A program made the position numbers and the translations under genes. The notes beneath the pieces are model-generated. The model searched no databases and was not told the DNA's origin. It saw only the letters and a program-made list of their open reading frames with translations. A DNA stretch of 64,000 bases from a virus (Duplodnaviria; Caudoviricetes): the IMG/VR virus record IMGVR_UViG_3300021959_007005. The stretch is one strand, 5' to 3'. Positions 1-10,813 of this stretch are shown one piece after another; the first letter of the stretch is position 1, and each line of letters begins with the position of its first letter.

Positions 1-883
1 TAGTTGAAGGAAACGCTCGTCCTGTACCGTATATAATACGAACTGCGCCATCACCGCCGTCTAATGTATAAGAACCCCCGTAAGCACTACCAGTACCAGC
101 ACCATGAGTTACACCCGATCCACTTGATCCTGCAGTACCGTGTGCATCTGCTTGAGTTGATGCATTAGCCTGTCCTGCGGTTCCATTTGAACCTTCGCCG
201 TATATGCCTACACCACCACCTGACCCGCCATAGTCATATGTGTTTGAAGCCGTACCAGCACCAGAACCGCCAGAACCACCTGCTCCTGCCGCACCGCCAG
301 AAGATGCGTATGCGCTACCACCGTTTTTACCATTTGAACTATAACCTGCAGCACTACCACCGCCTGCGTTATCGCCTATGCCTGAATGTCCTCCACCGCG
401 ACCGCCTGTACGTCCAATTGTATATACACCACTTGGTACTCCACCAAGGCCACCGCCTCCAAATTGTCCATCTGTACCATATGCAGGGGTACCAGACTGA
501 CCGCCTCGGCCTCCGCCAGCATGGGCACCTAACGCATAACTACTTCCACCATCTTCCCCAGGTTGGTTATTTGTACCAGCACCTGATGGTCCTGTCCCAC
601 CAGCGCCAACAACAATAGTAAGAATCGTGCCTGAATTATATGTTTTATTATTTACATATACTAACGCACCGCCGCCTGCGGCATTTGTGCCTTTACCTCC
701 TGAGCCACCAGCTCCAACAACTACTGCACTAAGCGATGTGACACCAGCAGGTACTGTAAAATAATATTGACCCGGTGTGGTATAAGTGTGTTCACCAATT
801 AAAGGGTCGAAACTGCCGCCTCCGCCTGCTGTGTTACCTCTTAACATTGAACTACTTGAACTTGGTAAATTAATAATTGGCAT
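1..883 (-). CDS. Glycine-rich virion/tail-associated protein (partial, runs off the window start)
   Basis: Read manually: ATG at 883, MPIINLPSSSSSMLRGNTAGGGG..HTYTTPGQYYFTVPAGVTSLSAVVVGAGGSGG..GGDGAVRIIYGTGRAFPST with no stop inside the window; typical Gly-rich phage domain. Missing from the ORF track. Confidence 0.8.
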   Translation of the reverse strand, partial: MPIINLPSSSSSMLRGNTAGGGGSFDPLIGEHTYTTPGQYYFTVPAGVTSLSAVVVGAGGSGGKGTNAAGGGALVYVNNKTYNSGTILTIVVGAGGTGPSGAGTNNQPGEDGGSSYALGAHAGGGRGGQSGTPAYGTDGQFGGGGLGGVPSGVYTIGRTGGRGGGHSGIGDNAGGGSAAGYSSNGKNGGSAYASSGGAAGAGGSGGSGAGTASNTYDYGGSGGGVGIYGEGSNGTAGQANASTQADAHGTAGSSGSGVTHGAGTGSAYGGSYTLDGGDGAVRIIYGTGRAFPST

Positions 884-892
884 TTTTATTCC

Positions 893-3800
893 TTAACTAT
901 ATGCTACTGATTGACCTAACACTACATAAGTTCCACCATCATTAAGTATTGTAAAGGATACAATATCTATTCCAGAATCTGTACCAGATGGTGCACTTCC
1001 ACCTTGCCAATTAATTGTCTGTACTGACCCGCCAATTTGTAATGCAGTTGGCATGTATGCTGTAGCACCTTGATTGACAACTACTGCTATTCCTTTTGCA
1101 TATTCTTGTGTAGAATTTATATTTGTTAGGTTTATAGTAAAATCTCCTGTCGCCCCTGTATGATAAAATATAGCGGCTGTACTACAGTCGTGTGCAACGA
1201 TTGATGATGAACTTGTAAGTGTAGTAAACTTTTCCTCAACATCTCCAGAAACTTTAAATCCACTAACATCAAGTGTTCCGTCAACTTTTACTAGAGTAGT
1301 TGCACCGCCCAACGCAATTGTATCGTTACCAGTTGCAGAGGCATTTTTACCAATGGCAACTGAAAAGTCTCCTGCAGCTTTAGCATAATATCCTAAGGCA
1401 ACTGCATTTGTAGCACTAGCGCCATATGAAGACGAATTGCTACTAATAGCAGCCGCAAAACTATCTGATCCGCTAGCTCTTGCCTGAGTAAATGCTACTG
1501 AATTATCACCTATAGCCACAGCAGATGATCCAATAGCATTAGCAAACGCTCCACTGGCACTCGATCCGTAACCTAATGAATTTGAACCTGCTCCAGTGGC
1601 ACTCGATCCATGTCCGTATGCTGATGCATGATTTCCTGTAACTTGTGCAGTATAACCAATAGCAGTTGATCGATCAGCCGCCGCTTTTGCCTGATATCCT
1701 ATTGCAATACTATGTGGATTTAACGCACCATATGATGATGTGTTGTTATCAATAGCCGCTGCAAAACTTTGAGTACCTCCTGCATACGAATTACCTAACG
1801 CAATTGCATCTGTTGCAACGGCTTGTGCTGAGTTACCGCCAATAGCAATCGAGTCGTTTCCTGTAGCATAAGAAAGATAGCCTATTGCAACCGCCCCGGT
1901 GCCTTGTGCAGTAGCTTGTCCGCTAATAGCAACGCCTCCCCAGCCAGTAGCATTTGCTCTGTTGGCATTTGCTGTGGAATTAACATCAATATCCCAGTTA
2001 GTACTATGAGTATCAAAAAGAAAGTTATCAGATGCTTCAGGATCTACAAATAAAATACCACCTTGTCTAGCCCTCATAATCCAGTTAGTATTTCCGTTAA
2101 CCCGTCCACCGTGCAAACTATATTGTGGATCAATGGTTAAGTCACCAACTGATCCATAACTTGGTTGGAAACTATTACCTTTGGTGTAGATTCTAATAAA
2201 CCAGTCACTATCTAAAGTAGAATCTTCTGGTAAAGTAAGAGTTAAGTTATCAGTATCAACAATATATACTTTACCTTTATCTGCATTAGTTACTGACCAA
2301 TCCGATGTTTTAACTTCAGGCGTTGTAAAAGCTGATCCTCCTCCAGCGTTTGCATCAACATATGCTTTGGTTGCAGCATCTGATGTTGATGTTGGTGTTC
2401 CTAGGTTTGTAATTTTACTTCCACTAACATTAACTATCCCGCTGCCACTATTGGCCGCTAGAACAATATCAGTACTACTAGTAATAGTTGGTGTGCCTAC
2501 GGCAGTTGATGTAATGGAACCTGTTAGAGAAACATCACCTGTAACATCTACACCAGTGGAAGCTGTTTTGAGTTTAATATTACCGCCTTGGCGTAATCTA
2601 ACTTCAGATGCATCTGCAGAAATTAATTCCACATTGCTTGCATCTTTAATATCTAAAAATGACGATTTAATAATAAGATTTCCAGTACCAGTCTCGTCAA
2701 TATAACTATTAGATCCGTCATGTTTTATTACTAAATCATCAGTACTACCAAAACGTGCTTGTACTCCATCTCTAAAACTCCAATGTCCTACAGATAACCA
2801 TTCAGTAGTATAGCTAGTACCTACAAATTGTATTTCGTTTTCAAATTCAGTATGTCCTGTTCCAGCAGGCTTAATTTGAATATTTCCGTTACTAGAACTA
2901 GTAATTACTTTTCCATTTACGTCTAGTGGTCCGCCAAGTTGTGGACTAATATCTTCTACTATATTACCTAAGCCACTACTCATCGTTACCCAGTTAAAGT
3001 CTGAGCCAGTCCAACCTAATACTTGTCCAATTCCAGCACTTGTTGTTTTGAGATGTGTGTCTACATCTCCTTCCAATGCATTTTCGTTTTGTAATGCTAT
3101 CCAGTTACCACTATGTGCAAAATATCCTTTTCCGGTACCATGAACATGTGCAAACATTCCATGATATGTACTAGCATTTGGCAGGTCAACTTCGGCACTA
3201 TAAACATTACTATAAAGCATTTGGCCTGTTGTGGTAATATTATTACTGCCCATGTCTAATGGTTTGTTGAACGCCCAATTATCTCCTGCACTTGCATATG
3301 TTAATGTTGCACTAGCCCCATCAACAGTAAGGCCTGCACCATTAGCAGCGGCGGCGTTTGCCGCTCCCTTTGCTACAGTAATATTGATATCTGCAACGTC
3401 AAGTGTGGCGCTGTTTACTGTGGTTGTGGTCCCATCAACTTGTAAGTCTCCTGCTATTACAACTGTACCAGTATCGTCGCCCACCGCAGCTGGATCAATT
3501 GTCAATGTAGCAGGTCCAGCAATATATCCTGTTGTAGTTATGTTACCTGATACTGTAATACCATCAGCAGATAAAGCGAGCTTTTCAGAGTTACTACCAA
3601 AATAAAATTTAACTTCGTCTACTGTTGTTCCACCAGAGGCTCGACCTGACATATATTTGTATCCGCCAGAAGCTCTTAATTCCATATGGTTTGAATTAAC
3701 CATAAGTTTTCCAGGAGCCGTTGGACGATGTTCAATATAACTATTAGTTCCATCATGGAATATCCAAAAATCTTCACCGTTAGCTGCACCAGAGCCTGTG

Positions 3801-6800
3801 CCCATTCTTATTGTCATACCATCTTCAAAATGAAGTATGTCTTGACTAGCATCAAAAGTTATATTATTATTATAAAAAGGACCAGTACCTTTAAGCACTA
3901 CATCATGGTTGTTAGAATCTAGAGCACCACCTAGTTGTGGTGTTGTGTCATCTGCTAAACTAACCATGCCTCCACTGCTTAATGATGTAAAACTTAAAAC
4001 ACCTGCGCCATTGGTTTGTAGTACTTGTCCGGTTGTGCCATCACTTGAAGGAAGAGTATATGCCTGGCTAATTGTAACGACATTTCCAACAACTTCTAAA
4101 GGCGTGAAATGACTAGAGTCATATGTCTGCAATCGTATGTATTCGCCCCCACTATTAGATTTTATTTCAAATCCACTATTTGCGATATGTGTAATGTGTC
4201 CTGATACGCCAGTTATGCCGGCGTTGAAATTGATAATAGGATTACCGAAGTTGCCAGTACCGTCACCAAGGTTTATGCTAGGACTTCCAGATGCTGGGCC
4301 TGTGGTAATATCAGTAACGCCTGTCAGTGTGCCTGTAACTGCTACGCCAGTTGCGGTCGTTTCTAGCTTTTTAGAGCCTGAATGATATAAGTCTACCGCA
4401 CCAGTAGCACGGAGTGTAATTCTATCAGAATTAGACACTTTCATGTCTACTTCTTTGTTAGATATTATTTGAAAATTTCCAGAACCAGATTGATTATAGG
4501 TAAGGTTTGTTTCATTAATGGTTAAAGCCGAGCCTATTGCCGCGGCGCCTGTAACAGTAATACCCGATGGCGATGTCTTAACCTTTTCATTTCCATTGTG
4601 GTAAAGCTGTACAGCACCGTTTGACCCAAATCTCGCTAAAAACTCGTCTGACGGGCCCCCTGTGTAGACCAAATCAAGGCCGTAAAGACTTGGAATTTCA
4701 ATATCCATGCCAAGGCCGCTAGCGTTAGTAGGGCCAATTATTTTGCCTGAAGCAAAAGTTACATCACCAGTAAACGTGCCGCCTGATGTTGGCATATCGC
4801 CACTAAGTCCAGGAGCCCATTGGCTGCCCCCCCATTTTAAAACATGGCCAGTTGTTGGGGCTACCGGATCTACATTTGATAAATCTCCTAGTGATAAAGC
4901 TAAATTGTTAATTGTAGCACCATTGAAATCTACTGTACCTGAGAATGATGATGAACCATTTGATGAAATATTACCACCGAAACCTGCCGCACCACTTGTA
5001 TTATCAAGTAGAACATTACCGTTAGTATCGTATAGTTTACCTTGGAATGCATTTGCTGTAACTGTAGTTGTTGTAGCAATACGATTAAATGTTACATCGT
5101 CTGTAGTAGAAAGTGCTTGATCAGAAACAACTGCCTGAGAATATTCATACTGATTGTTAAGTGCATTCCATACTAAAGTATCACCGTTTGTCGGATTATT
5201 CAGTCTATCAACATTTGATAAATGCTGTGTATTAGGATAAGCGTTTACCCATTTTGTCCCACTCCATTGTAATGATTGGAATTGCTGTACGCTTGCAATT
5301 GTTGTATCAGTTAGTCCAGAAAGTGTAGTAGATCCACCAGCTGAAATAGATTGGAAGGTAAAGTTTCCGCTACCATCTGTTGTTAATATTTGACCATTTG
5401 TGCCATCACTAATACTTAAATCTGTAAGCACAGCAGGTATGGTAGGTTTATTTGTTAAGTTCGTGTAGTCACCATCAAATAATGCTGTATCACCTGCTAG
5501 TGCTGTTGTACTAGTTGTACCTAATGCCAATGCATCAGTAATTCCATAACCTGCTATTGTAGTTGGCGTGTTAGTTAAAGAACTAAACTTCCCATCAAAT
5601 AATGTTGGTTTGTTTGTTAAATTTGTATAGTCACCATCAAATGCATCTGTAATTCCATACCCTGATATTGTAGTTGGTTTACCAGTAAGACTACCAAATT
5701 GTCCATTAAATAGAGTTGGTAGGTTTGTTAGTGAATTATAATCTCCATCAAACAAACCAGCATTAGTGATTCTTGCATCTACTCTAGCATCTGTATAGTA
5801 AAGGTTGTTTCCTTCGGAAAGGTCTGTTGTAGATTTAGTAGATAGTGCAGAATTGAATCTTGCTTGAGTATAATAAAGATTTGTAGACCCTTCAGAAAGA
5901 TTATCAGTATCTTGCGCGGCTAAGTTTTGTAGATATCTACCGTCCAAACTGACGGTAGATGCAGTTGATGCATCACTTCTAGTAAGTGTTAGAGTTCCAC
6001 TAGCAAAGGTTGCGCTGTCAATTCTAGATAAGTTTGTATCGTCAAAGAGTTGACTAAAATCAACTGTAAAAGATGAAGCATCATCTCTGAGAAATGTTGC
6101 TATACCAGTAGCTCCATCAATTGTACCAGATGTTAATTTTGCTAAATTTGTGTCGTCTAAATATAAACTTAAATCTATGTTTGTTACTGCGCCAGCTTCG
6201 TCTGTATACTTTAGTATATTAGTAGCAAGTGATAAACTAGTATTCGTTTCTGTAAAACTTGTTAAGTAACCTGCTGTGCTATGATCTCCCCACCCATATG
6301 ATGTATCCCAATTGGTAATTTTTGTATTTGTTATAGTACTTGCTGGACTTGCGGTAAATATTGGATCTGTTTCTGACTTTAAATAACCTTCTACTGAGTG
6401 ATCTCCCCACCCATATGATGTATCCCAATTAGTAATTTTTGTATTTGTTACGTTATTTGCCGCATGTGCTGTAAAGATTGGATCTGTTTCTGACTTTAAA
6501 TAACCTTCTACTGAGTGATCTCCCCACCCATATGATGTATCCCAATTGGTAATTTTTGTATTTGTTATAGTACTTGCTGGACTTGCGGTAAATATTGGAT
6601 CTGTTTCAGTAATAACTCCATTGTCTACCCACGTATAATCACTACCATTCCAACTAAGAACATAACCATTAGTTGGGTTACTTTGGTTTAAATGTGAATC
6701 TACATCTGAAGTTGTAAATAATTGAGTTGTTTTAGCATATGGTGTTAAATCTGGCATTGCAATAGTAAATTGTCCAGTTACGCTGTTATATGTTGCAGAA

Positions 6801-7111
6801 CCTAAGCCGCTATCTGCAGATTGTATTAAGCTCAGGTCTGTTAGTGCAATCCCTCCTCCACTACCGCCACCAGACAAATCTGATGATGGTTTCCATTTGT
6901 TAGCATTACTATCATATTTCAATACTTGCCCATTAATAACACCAGTTGTATCCACATTAAGTAATGAACCAATATTAGCATTAGTTACTTGTGAACTAGT
7001 ACTATTTGCAGTTTCAAGTACTACTGTTCTTTCATCTAAGTCAGTAAAATTTGCATCCATTTCTGCATATGATAGTTCACTTCCTTTTACTAATCTTTTT
7101 GTTATAGTCAT
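893..7111 (-). CDS. Long tail fibre / adhesin, 2072 aa, with YadA-head-like repeats near the C-terminus
   Basis: N-terminal KGSELSYAEMDANF fibre motif, G/S/T-rich beta repeats, AxAxGxxSxAIG repeats at about 1300-1950. Confidence 0.85.
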   Translation of the reverse strand: MTITKRLVKGSELSYAEMDANFTDLDERTVVLETANSTSSQVTNANIGSLLNVDTTGVINGQVLKYDSNANKWKPSSDLSGGGSGGGIALTDLSLIQSADSGLGSATYNSVTGQFTIAMPDLTPYAKTTQLFTTSDVDSHLNQSNPTNGYVLSWNGSDYTWVDNGVITETDPIFTASPASTITNTKITNWDTSYGWGDHSVEGYLKSETDPIFTAHAANNVTNTKITNWDTSYGWGDHSVEGYLKSETDPIFTASPASTITNTKITNWDTSYGWGDHSTAGYLTSFTETNTSLSLATNILKYTDEAGAVTNIDLSLYLDDTNLAKLTSGTIDGATGIATFLRDDASSFTVDFSQLFDDTNLSRIDSATFASGTLTLTRSDASTASTVSLDGRYLQNLAAQDTDNLSEGSTNLYYTQARFNSALSTKSTTDLSEGNNLYYTDARVDARITNAGLFDGDYNSLTNLPTLFNGQFGSLTGKPTTISGYGITDAFDGDYTNLTNKPTLFDGKFSSLTNTPTTIAGYGITDALALGTTSTTALAGDTALFDGDYTNLTNKPTIPAVLTDLSISDGTNGQILTTDGSGNFTFQSISAGGSTTLSGLTDTTIASVQQFQSLQWSGTKWVNAYPNTQHLSNVDRLNNPTNGDTLVWNALNNQYEYSQAVVSDQALSTTDDVTFNRIATTTTVTANAFQGKLYDTNGNVLLDNTSGAAGFGGNISSNGSSSFSGTVDFNGATINNLALSLGDLSNVDPVAPTTGHVLKWGGSQWAPGLSGDMPTSGGTFTGDVTFASGKIIGPTNASGLGMDIEIPSLYGLDLVYTGGPSDEFLARFGSNGAVQLYHNGNEKVKTSPSGITVTGAAAIGSALTINETNLTYNQSGSGNFQIISNKEVDMKVSNSDRITLRATGAVDLYHSGSKKLETTATGVAVTGTLTGVTDITTGPASGSPSINLGDGTGNFGNPIINFNAGITGVSGHITHIANSGFEIKSNSGGEYIRLQTYDSSHFTPLEVVGNVVTISQAYTLPSSDGTTGQVLQTNGAGVLSFTSLSSGGMVSLADDTTPQLGGALDSNNHDVVLKGTGPFYNNNITFDASQDILHFEDGMTIRMGTGSGAANGEDFWIFHDGTNSYIEHRPTAPGKLMVNSNHMELRASGGYKYMSGRASGGTTVDEVKFYFGSNSEKLALSADGITVSGNITTTGYIAGPATLTIDPAAVGDDTGTVVIAGDLQVDGTTTTVNSATLDVADINITVAKGAANAAAANGAGLTVDGASATLTYASAGDNWAFNKPLDMGSNNITTTGQMLYSNVYSAEVDLPNASTYHGMFAHVHGTGKGYFAHSGNWIALQNENALEGDVDTHLKTTSAGIGQVLGWTGSDFNWVTMSSGLGNIVEDISPQLGGPLDVNGKVITSSSNGNIQIKPAGTGHTEFENEIQFVGTSYTTEWLSVGHWSFRDGVQARFGSTDDLVIKHDGSNSYIDETGTGNLIIKSSFLDIKDASNVELISADASEVRLRQGGNIKLKTASTGVDVTGDVSLTGSITSTAVGTPTITSSTDIVLAANSGSGIVNVSGSKITNLGTPTSTSDAATKAYVDANAGGGSAFTTPEVKTSDWSVTNADKGKVYIVDTDNLTLTLPEDSTLDSDWFIRIYTKGNSFQPSYGSVGDLTIDPQYSLHGGRVNGNTNWIMRARQGGILFVDPEASDNFLFDTHSTNWDIDVNSTANANRANATGWGGVAISGQATAQGTGAVAIGYLSYATGNDSIAIGGNSAQAVATDAIALGNSYAGGTQSFAAAIDNNTSSYGALNPHSIAIGYQAKAAADRSTAIGYTAQVTGNHASAYGHGSSATGAGSNSLGYGSSASGAFANAIGSSAVAIGDNSVAFTQARASGSDSFAAAISSNSSSYGASATNAVALGYYAKAAGDFSVAIGKNASATGNDTIALGGATTLVKVDGTLDVSGFKVSGDVEEKFTTLTSSSSIVAHDCSTAAIFYHTGATGDFTINLTNINSTQEYAKGIAVVVNQGATAYMPTALQIGGSVQTINWQGGSAPSGTDSGIDIVSFTILNDGGTYVVLGQSVAYS
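5437..5760 (-). repeat. Degenerate LFDGDYxxLTNxPT / TTIxGYGITDA peptide repeats in the tail fibre
   Basis: Seen in the translation; boundaries approximate. Confidence 0.8.
6281..6607 (-). repeat. Three tandem 117-nt (39-aa) in-frame repeats in the tail fibre
   Basis: Units start at 6281, 6398 and 6515; they encode ETDPIFTA..ITNTKITNWDTSYGWGDHS; the unique segments of copies 1 and 3 match while copy 2 differs. Confidence 0.95.
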
Positions 7112-7114
7112 GTT

Positions 7115-8275
7115 TTATTCTCCATCAGGTGTTACATAGCCAGTAGCTACATATCCAGCAGTCATATATAGACTACTTTTTTTTTGATTGTCTGGTTGTG
7201 CAGTTATCGCTGTACTAATTGGTTGCAGCTCTTGCGTTTCTCTGTTATCTACAACTGTAGTGTTTTTTTCATTAAAAATATAATCACTAGCATTATATGT
7301 TTTATCTGTCCATGTTTGTTCAGTGATATTATCATATAGCCTATGCCATCTTGATCCACGACGAACAAACATTCTATTAGGAACAAAGTCGTTTCTTATA
7401 AAGTAATCGCCCTCATTAGGTTCTACTGGAAATTGATCACCAGTTGCAATTGTCTCACCGTGGTTATAACTATTGTCCTTGTTAACAATACCACCACTAG
7501 TAGCATGGTCATATCCAAATAAATGGTCAACCATACTTGTACCATTTGGATCAGCAGCGTCAGCGGCTGCAATAATCGCATCACTTATATTATATTCTGC
7601 TTTATATGTACTAACATCATTTTTGAGACTATTAGCATCACTGCTATCGCCAAGTATATCGTAGTATTCTTGACTGTCTGTTAGTGGGCTTAGTTTGACT
7701 CGCCAAATATGCGGATACCAAGTTTGACTAAATCCTTCAGCACCTCTGTTCGCATCGTTAACAACATAATATTTGTTTACTGCGGCTTTACTAGCATTAA
7801 GAAGTAAGTCATCACGTAAATGTGGTAATTCCAAGACATCACCAGGCATCAAACGCCTACCCATTATCTCCACCATATCATTTATATGAAAGGTCATATA
7901 TAATTGATCATTACTGAGAAATAATCCAAACTGTGTTAAATCATAATCATTATCTTGAACATTATACACTCCACGCATATCGAAAATATCTTGATCATAT
8001 TTTCGATCTCTGTTTTCCATAAACAATAAATCTTGTATTTTTGTTTCATTAATTATGCCTTCAACATTGATATATTCACCACTAAGTGGATCAATTTCAC
8101 CGCCACCAATATAATTTGGTTGACTTGGGTCGTCCTTGTTGGGTTGTGCTGCTGGTCCAAGATATTTGTGTACATGTACCCCAGTCCCTCCGATATTAAA
8201 CTGTTCACGGATTGATCGATCCTGAAAGTAAAAATCGTTAGTTTTAGTTGGTTTATATAAGGTCAAACGTGGCAT
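7115..8275 (-). CDS. Virion structural protein, probably neck/head-closure (T4 gp14-like)
   Basis: 386-aa ORF with TAAATA 5 nt upstream of the ATG, next to fibre genes; family assignment from recall only. Confidence 0.5.
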   Translation of the reverse strand: MPRLTLYKPTKTNDFYFQDRSIREQFNIGGTGVHVHKYLGPAAQPNKDDPSQPNYIGGGEIDPLSGEYINVEGIINETKIQDLLFMENRDRKYDQDIFDMRGVYNVQDNDYDLTQFGLFLSNDQLYMTFHINDMVEIMGRRLMPGDVLELPHLRDDLLLNASKAAVNKYYVVNDANRGAEGFSQTWYPHIWRVKLSPLTDSQEYYDILGDSSDANSLKNDVSTYKAEYNISDAIIAAADAADPNGTSMVDHLFGYDHATSGGIVNKDNSYNHGETIATGDQFPVEPNEGDYFIRNDFVPNRMFVRRGSRWHRLYDNITEQTWTDKTYNASDYIFNEKNTTVVDNRETQELQPISTAITAQPDNQKKSSLYMTAGYVATGYVTPDGE

Positions 8276-8374
8276 GTACTTATTTATCAGAACATTAGTT
8301 AGAAAAAAGTGTTGACTATTGGTATTATTTGCTTTATAAGGTGTAAGTATAAATTAATTAAATGGAGAAACGAC

Positions 8375-9541
8375 ATGGCTAAGATAGCTGGTATAAAAGT
8401 TAAAAAGAAAGCTCCAAGAGCTAAACGCCGTACTACTGGAATTAATGCCATGCCGGTTAATGATGGATGGCATGCATGTCACTATTATGTACATAATGAA
8501 GTTGAAAACCGTGAATGGGGTTCAATTGTAAAAGCATATATTAGTCAAAATTGGAGCAAAGAAGACGCACAGGCTGTGAATAGACTGCCAGACTGGAAAA
8601 CTTCTATGCATAGTGGATGGTCAACAGCCGCCTGGTTGTTTGTTAATGATTTTGCAGATGTGGTGCATCCCGACTACATTACTGGACTTCCTAAACGAAT
8701 TAATGCATTGGTTGAAGAAGGAAAACTAGTTGCGGAAGTTAAGAAATCAGCAAAGGCGTCTAAGAAACATATTCATGTCCCAACTATTCAAGAACGTCTT
8801 CAAGAAGCTACCATCGATAAATTAGAAGACATGGACAGTTGGTTGGACGATTGGATGCGTGACAGCAAAAAGAATCCATTAATTAAGCAAAATCCATTGC
8901 TGTATTTTAAAAAGCACGAAATGAATCTAGGTCATTTGCGTTTTGTTAGTGAGTTCTTTAAAGGTGCGCATGAAGAAATGCAGGAATTAAATAATTTACC
9001 TGCTCCTAAGAAACGTAATGATATGCAAGAACAGCTTGCAGAAGGATATAGCTCGTACAGTAAAAAAGAAATCAAGGAACTAACAGATTTTTATAAACGA
9101 CTGTTTGATGCTATTGAAATTTTTAAAGCAGAAAGAAAACAGTCACAAACACCACGTAGAGCAAAGGTTAAAAGTGCAGCAGACCAAGTTAAGAAACTCA
9201 AGTTTAATCCTAGTGATACTAAAATTGGAATTGCTAGTATTAATCCAGCTGATGTTATTGATGCAACATGTGTTGTTGTGTTTAATACAAAAAACCGTAA
9301 ACTTGGAGTATATTATGCAGATGATAATTGTACACTTAAAGTCAAAGGAACCACACTTCAGTTCTTTGATGAAAAGAAAAGTGTACAACGTACAGTACGT
9401 AAGCCAAGTGAAATTATGCCACAGTGGAAAAAAGTTACACGGCATAAGGTACCAACACAGTTTGGATATTTAAAAACTACTGAGACTAAACTTAATGGTA
9501 GGTTTAATGCAGACACAATCATCCTAAAAGCATTTAAGTAG
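8375..9541 (+). CDS. Conserved T4-like phage hypothetical protein
   Basis: Start re-called to ATG 8375 (GGAGA RBS); TTGACT early promoter upstream; C-terminal VKGTTLQFFD..K..RKP motif. Confidence 0.7.
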   Translation: MAKIAGIKVKKKAPRAKRRTTGINAMPVNDGWHACHYYVHNEVENREWGSIVKAYISQNWSKEDAQAVNRLPDWKTSMHSGWSTAAWLFVNDFADVVHPDYITGLPKRINALVEEGKLVAEVKKSAKASKKHIHVPTIQERLQEATIDKLEDMDSWLDDWMRDSKKNPLIKQNPLLYFKKHEMNLGHLRFVSEFFKGAHEEMQELNNLPAPKKRNDMQEQLAEGYSSYSKKEIKELTDFYKRLFDAIEIFKAERKQSQTPRRAKVKSAADQVKKLKFNPSDTKIGIASINPADVIDATCVVVFNTKNRKLGVYYADDNCTLKVKGTTLQFFDEKKSVQRTVRKPSEIMPQWKKVTRHKVPTQFGYLKTTETKLNGRFNADTIILKAFK

Positions 9542-9551
9542 TAAAATATAA

Positions 9552-9577
9552 ATGCGGCGAGGATAACTTCGCCGCAT
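9552..9577. terminator. Hairpin, probable terminator
   Basis: ATGCGGCGA/TCGCCGCAT 9-bp inverted repeat after the stop codon. Confidence 0.6.
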
Positions 9578-9587
9578 AAATATTAAC

Positions 9588-10325
9588 ATGGCTTATAGAG
9601 ATGATTTAATTAAAGAGATAGAACTACGTTTAGGTGGGCAAATGGTAGATGTGGAATTAGATCCTGAACACTACGATTTAGCTATGAATAAGAGTTTTGA
9701 AAAGTATAGACAGCGTAGTGAAAATGCTATTGAAGAAACATTTATTCCACTGCAAGTTATTAAAGATGTAGCTGAGTATACTTTAGCATCAGACATTATT
9801 GAAGTAAAAGATATTTACAGATATGCTACCGGCACAAGTTCAACTAGCAGTGGTGGTATTGAGCCATTTGAGAGCGCATACTTAAATAATTTTTTACTCA
9901 ATAGTGGTAGAGCAGGCGGTATGGCAACATATGATGCTTTAGCGCAACACCGAGAAGCATTAGGACGTATGTTTGGTCAAGAAATTATGTTTACTTGGAA
10001 TACTGTTAATAAAAAATTACTACTTCATCGTAAAATTAAATCTTCGGATGAAATATTTTTACACGTATATAAGCAACGTGGCGACGAAGAGATATTACAA
10101 GATAGTTATGCATCGCCTTGGATTAAGGAATATGCTTTAGCACAGGCCAAACTAATGTTAGCAGAAGCTCGTGGAAAATTTAACACAGTAGCTGGACCAC
10201 AGGGAGGTACATCAATGAATGCAGACGCACTTAGAACTGATGCGTTTACAAGCATTGATAAACTAGAGGAAGACTTAAAATTCTATGCTGAAGGCAGTGC
10301 AGGTTTAGGATTTATTATAGGCTAA
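9588..10325 (+). CDS. Neck protein (T4 gp13-like)
   Basis: LRLGGQMVDVELDPEHY and WIKEYALAQAKLMLAEARGKF motifs; TAAATA at 9577-9582. Confidence 0.7.
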   Translation: MAYRDDLIKEIELRLGGQMVDVELDPEHYDLAMNKSFEKYRQRSENAIEETFIPLQVIKDVAEYTLASDIIEVKDIYRYATGTSSTSSGGIEPFESAYLNNFLLNSGRAGGMATYDALAQHREALGRMFGQEIMFTWNTVNKKLLLHRKIKSSDEIFLHVYKQRGDEEILQDSYASPWIKEYALAQAKLMLAEARGKFNTVAGPQGGTSMNADALRTDAFTSIDKLEEDLKFYAEGSAGLGFIIG

Positions 10326-10329
10326 AATT

Positions 10330-10515
10330 ATGAAGATTAATGAAGTAATTCAACCATTAACTGAAGAACAGTTTGATGAAAAAGCAGGTAAAAAAGATGC
10401 TTGCTATCACAAAGTTAAATCACGTTACAAAGTATGGCCATCAGCATACGCATCAGGTGCATTAGTTAAGTGTCGTAAAGTTGGTGCAAAGAACTGGGGT
10501 AATTCAAAGAAATGA
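10330..10515 (+). CDS. Small basic protein conserved in T4-like marine phages
   Basis: KKDACYHKVKSRYKVWPSAYASGALVKCRKVGAKNWG motif; MKINEVI N-terminus. Confidence 0.75.
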   Translation: MKINEVIQPLTEEQFDEKAGKKDACYHKVKSRYKVWPSAYASGALVKCRKVGAKNWGNSKK

Positions 10516-10811
10516 AGATAACCGAAATCATAAACGAAGATTTACGTGCATGGTTTGGCAAAGGTAAAAAGGGCGGTGCAGGCGGCGGTGGCTGGGATGC
10601 ATACAATACAAAAGGCGAACGTATAGGCAAATGCGGAGACACAAAAAGCAAAGCAAAGCCCAAGTGTTTAAGTAAAAGTAAAGCCGCAAGTCTAAGAGCA
10701 AAAGGTGGCAAAAAAGCAATTGGCGCCGCAGTTAGTAAGAAACGTAGACAAGACCCTAATAAAAATCGCAGAGGCAAAGCTAAAAACGTAAGCAATACCA
10801 AAGGGAAATAA
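10512..10811 (+). CDS. Small Lys-rich protein conserved in T4-like marine phages
   Basis: EDLRAWFGKG..GGGGW..PKCLSKSKA motif; MKITEIINED N-terminus. Confidence 0.75.
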   Translation: MKITEIINEDLRAWFGKGKKGGAGGGGWDAYNTKGERIGKCGDTKSKAKPKCLSKSKAASLRAKGGKKAIGAAVSKKRRQDPNKNRRGKAKNVSNTKGK

Positions 10812-10813
10812 CA

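Noticed and set aside
187-618. 143-aa plus-strand His/Arg-rich ORF
   Set aside because: It is the antisense shadow of the real Gly-rich minus-strand gene at 1-883.
6281-6607. 117-nt repeats as a CRISPR array or DGR template/variable repeat pair
   Set aside because: The units are contiguous, in frame and lack unique spacers; differences are not adenine-specific; no cas or reverse transcriptase gene is in the window.
2367-7139. Several plus-strand ORFs within the tail fibre
   Set aside because: They are antisense shadows with no RBS or promoter; the same applies to most short opposite-strand ORFs across the window.
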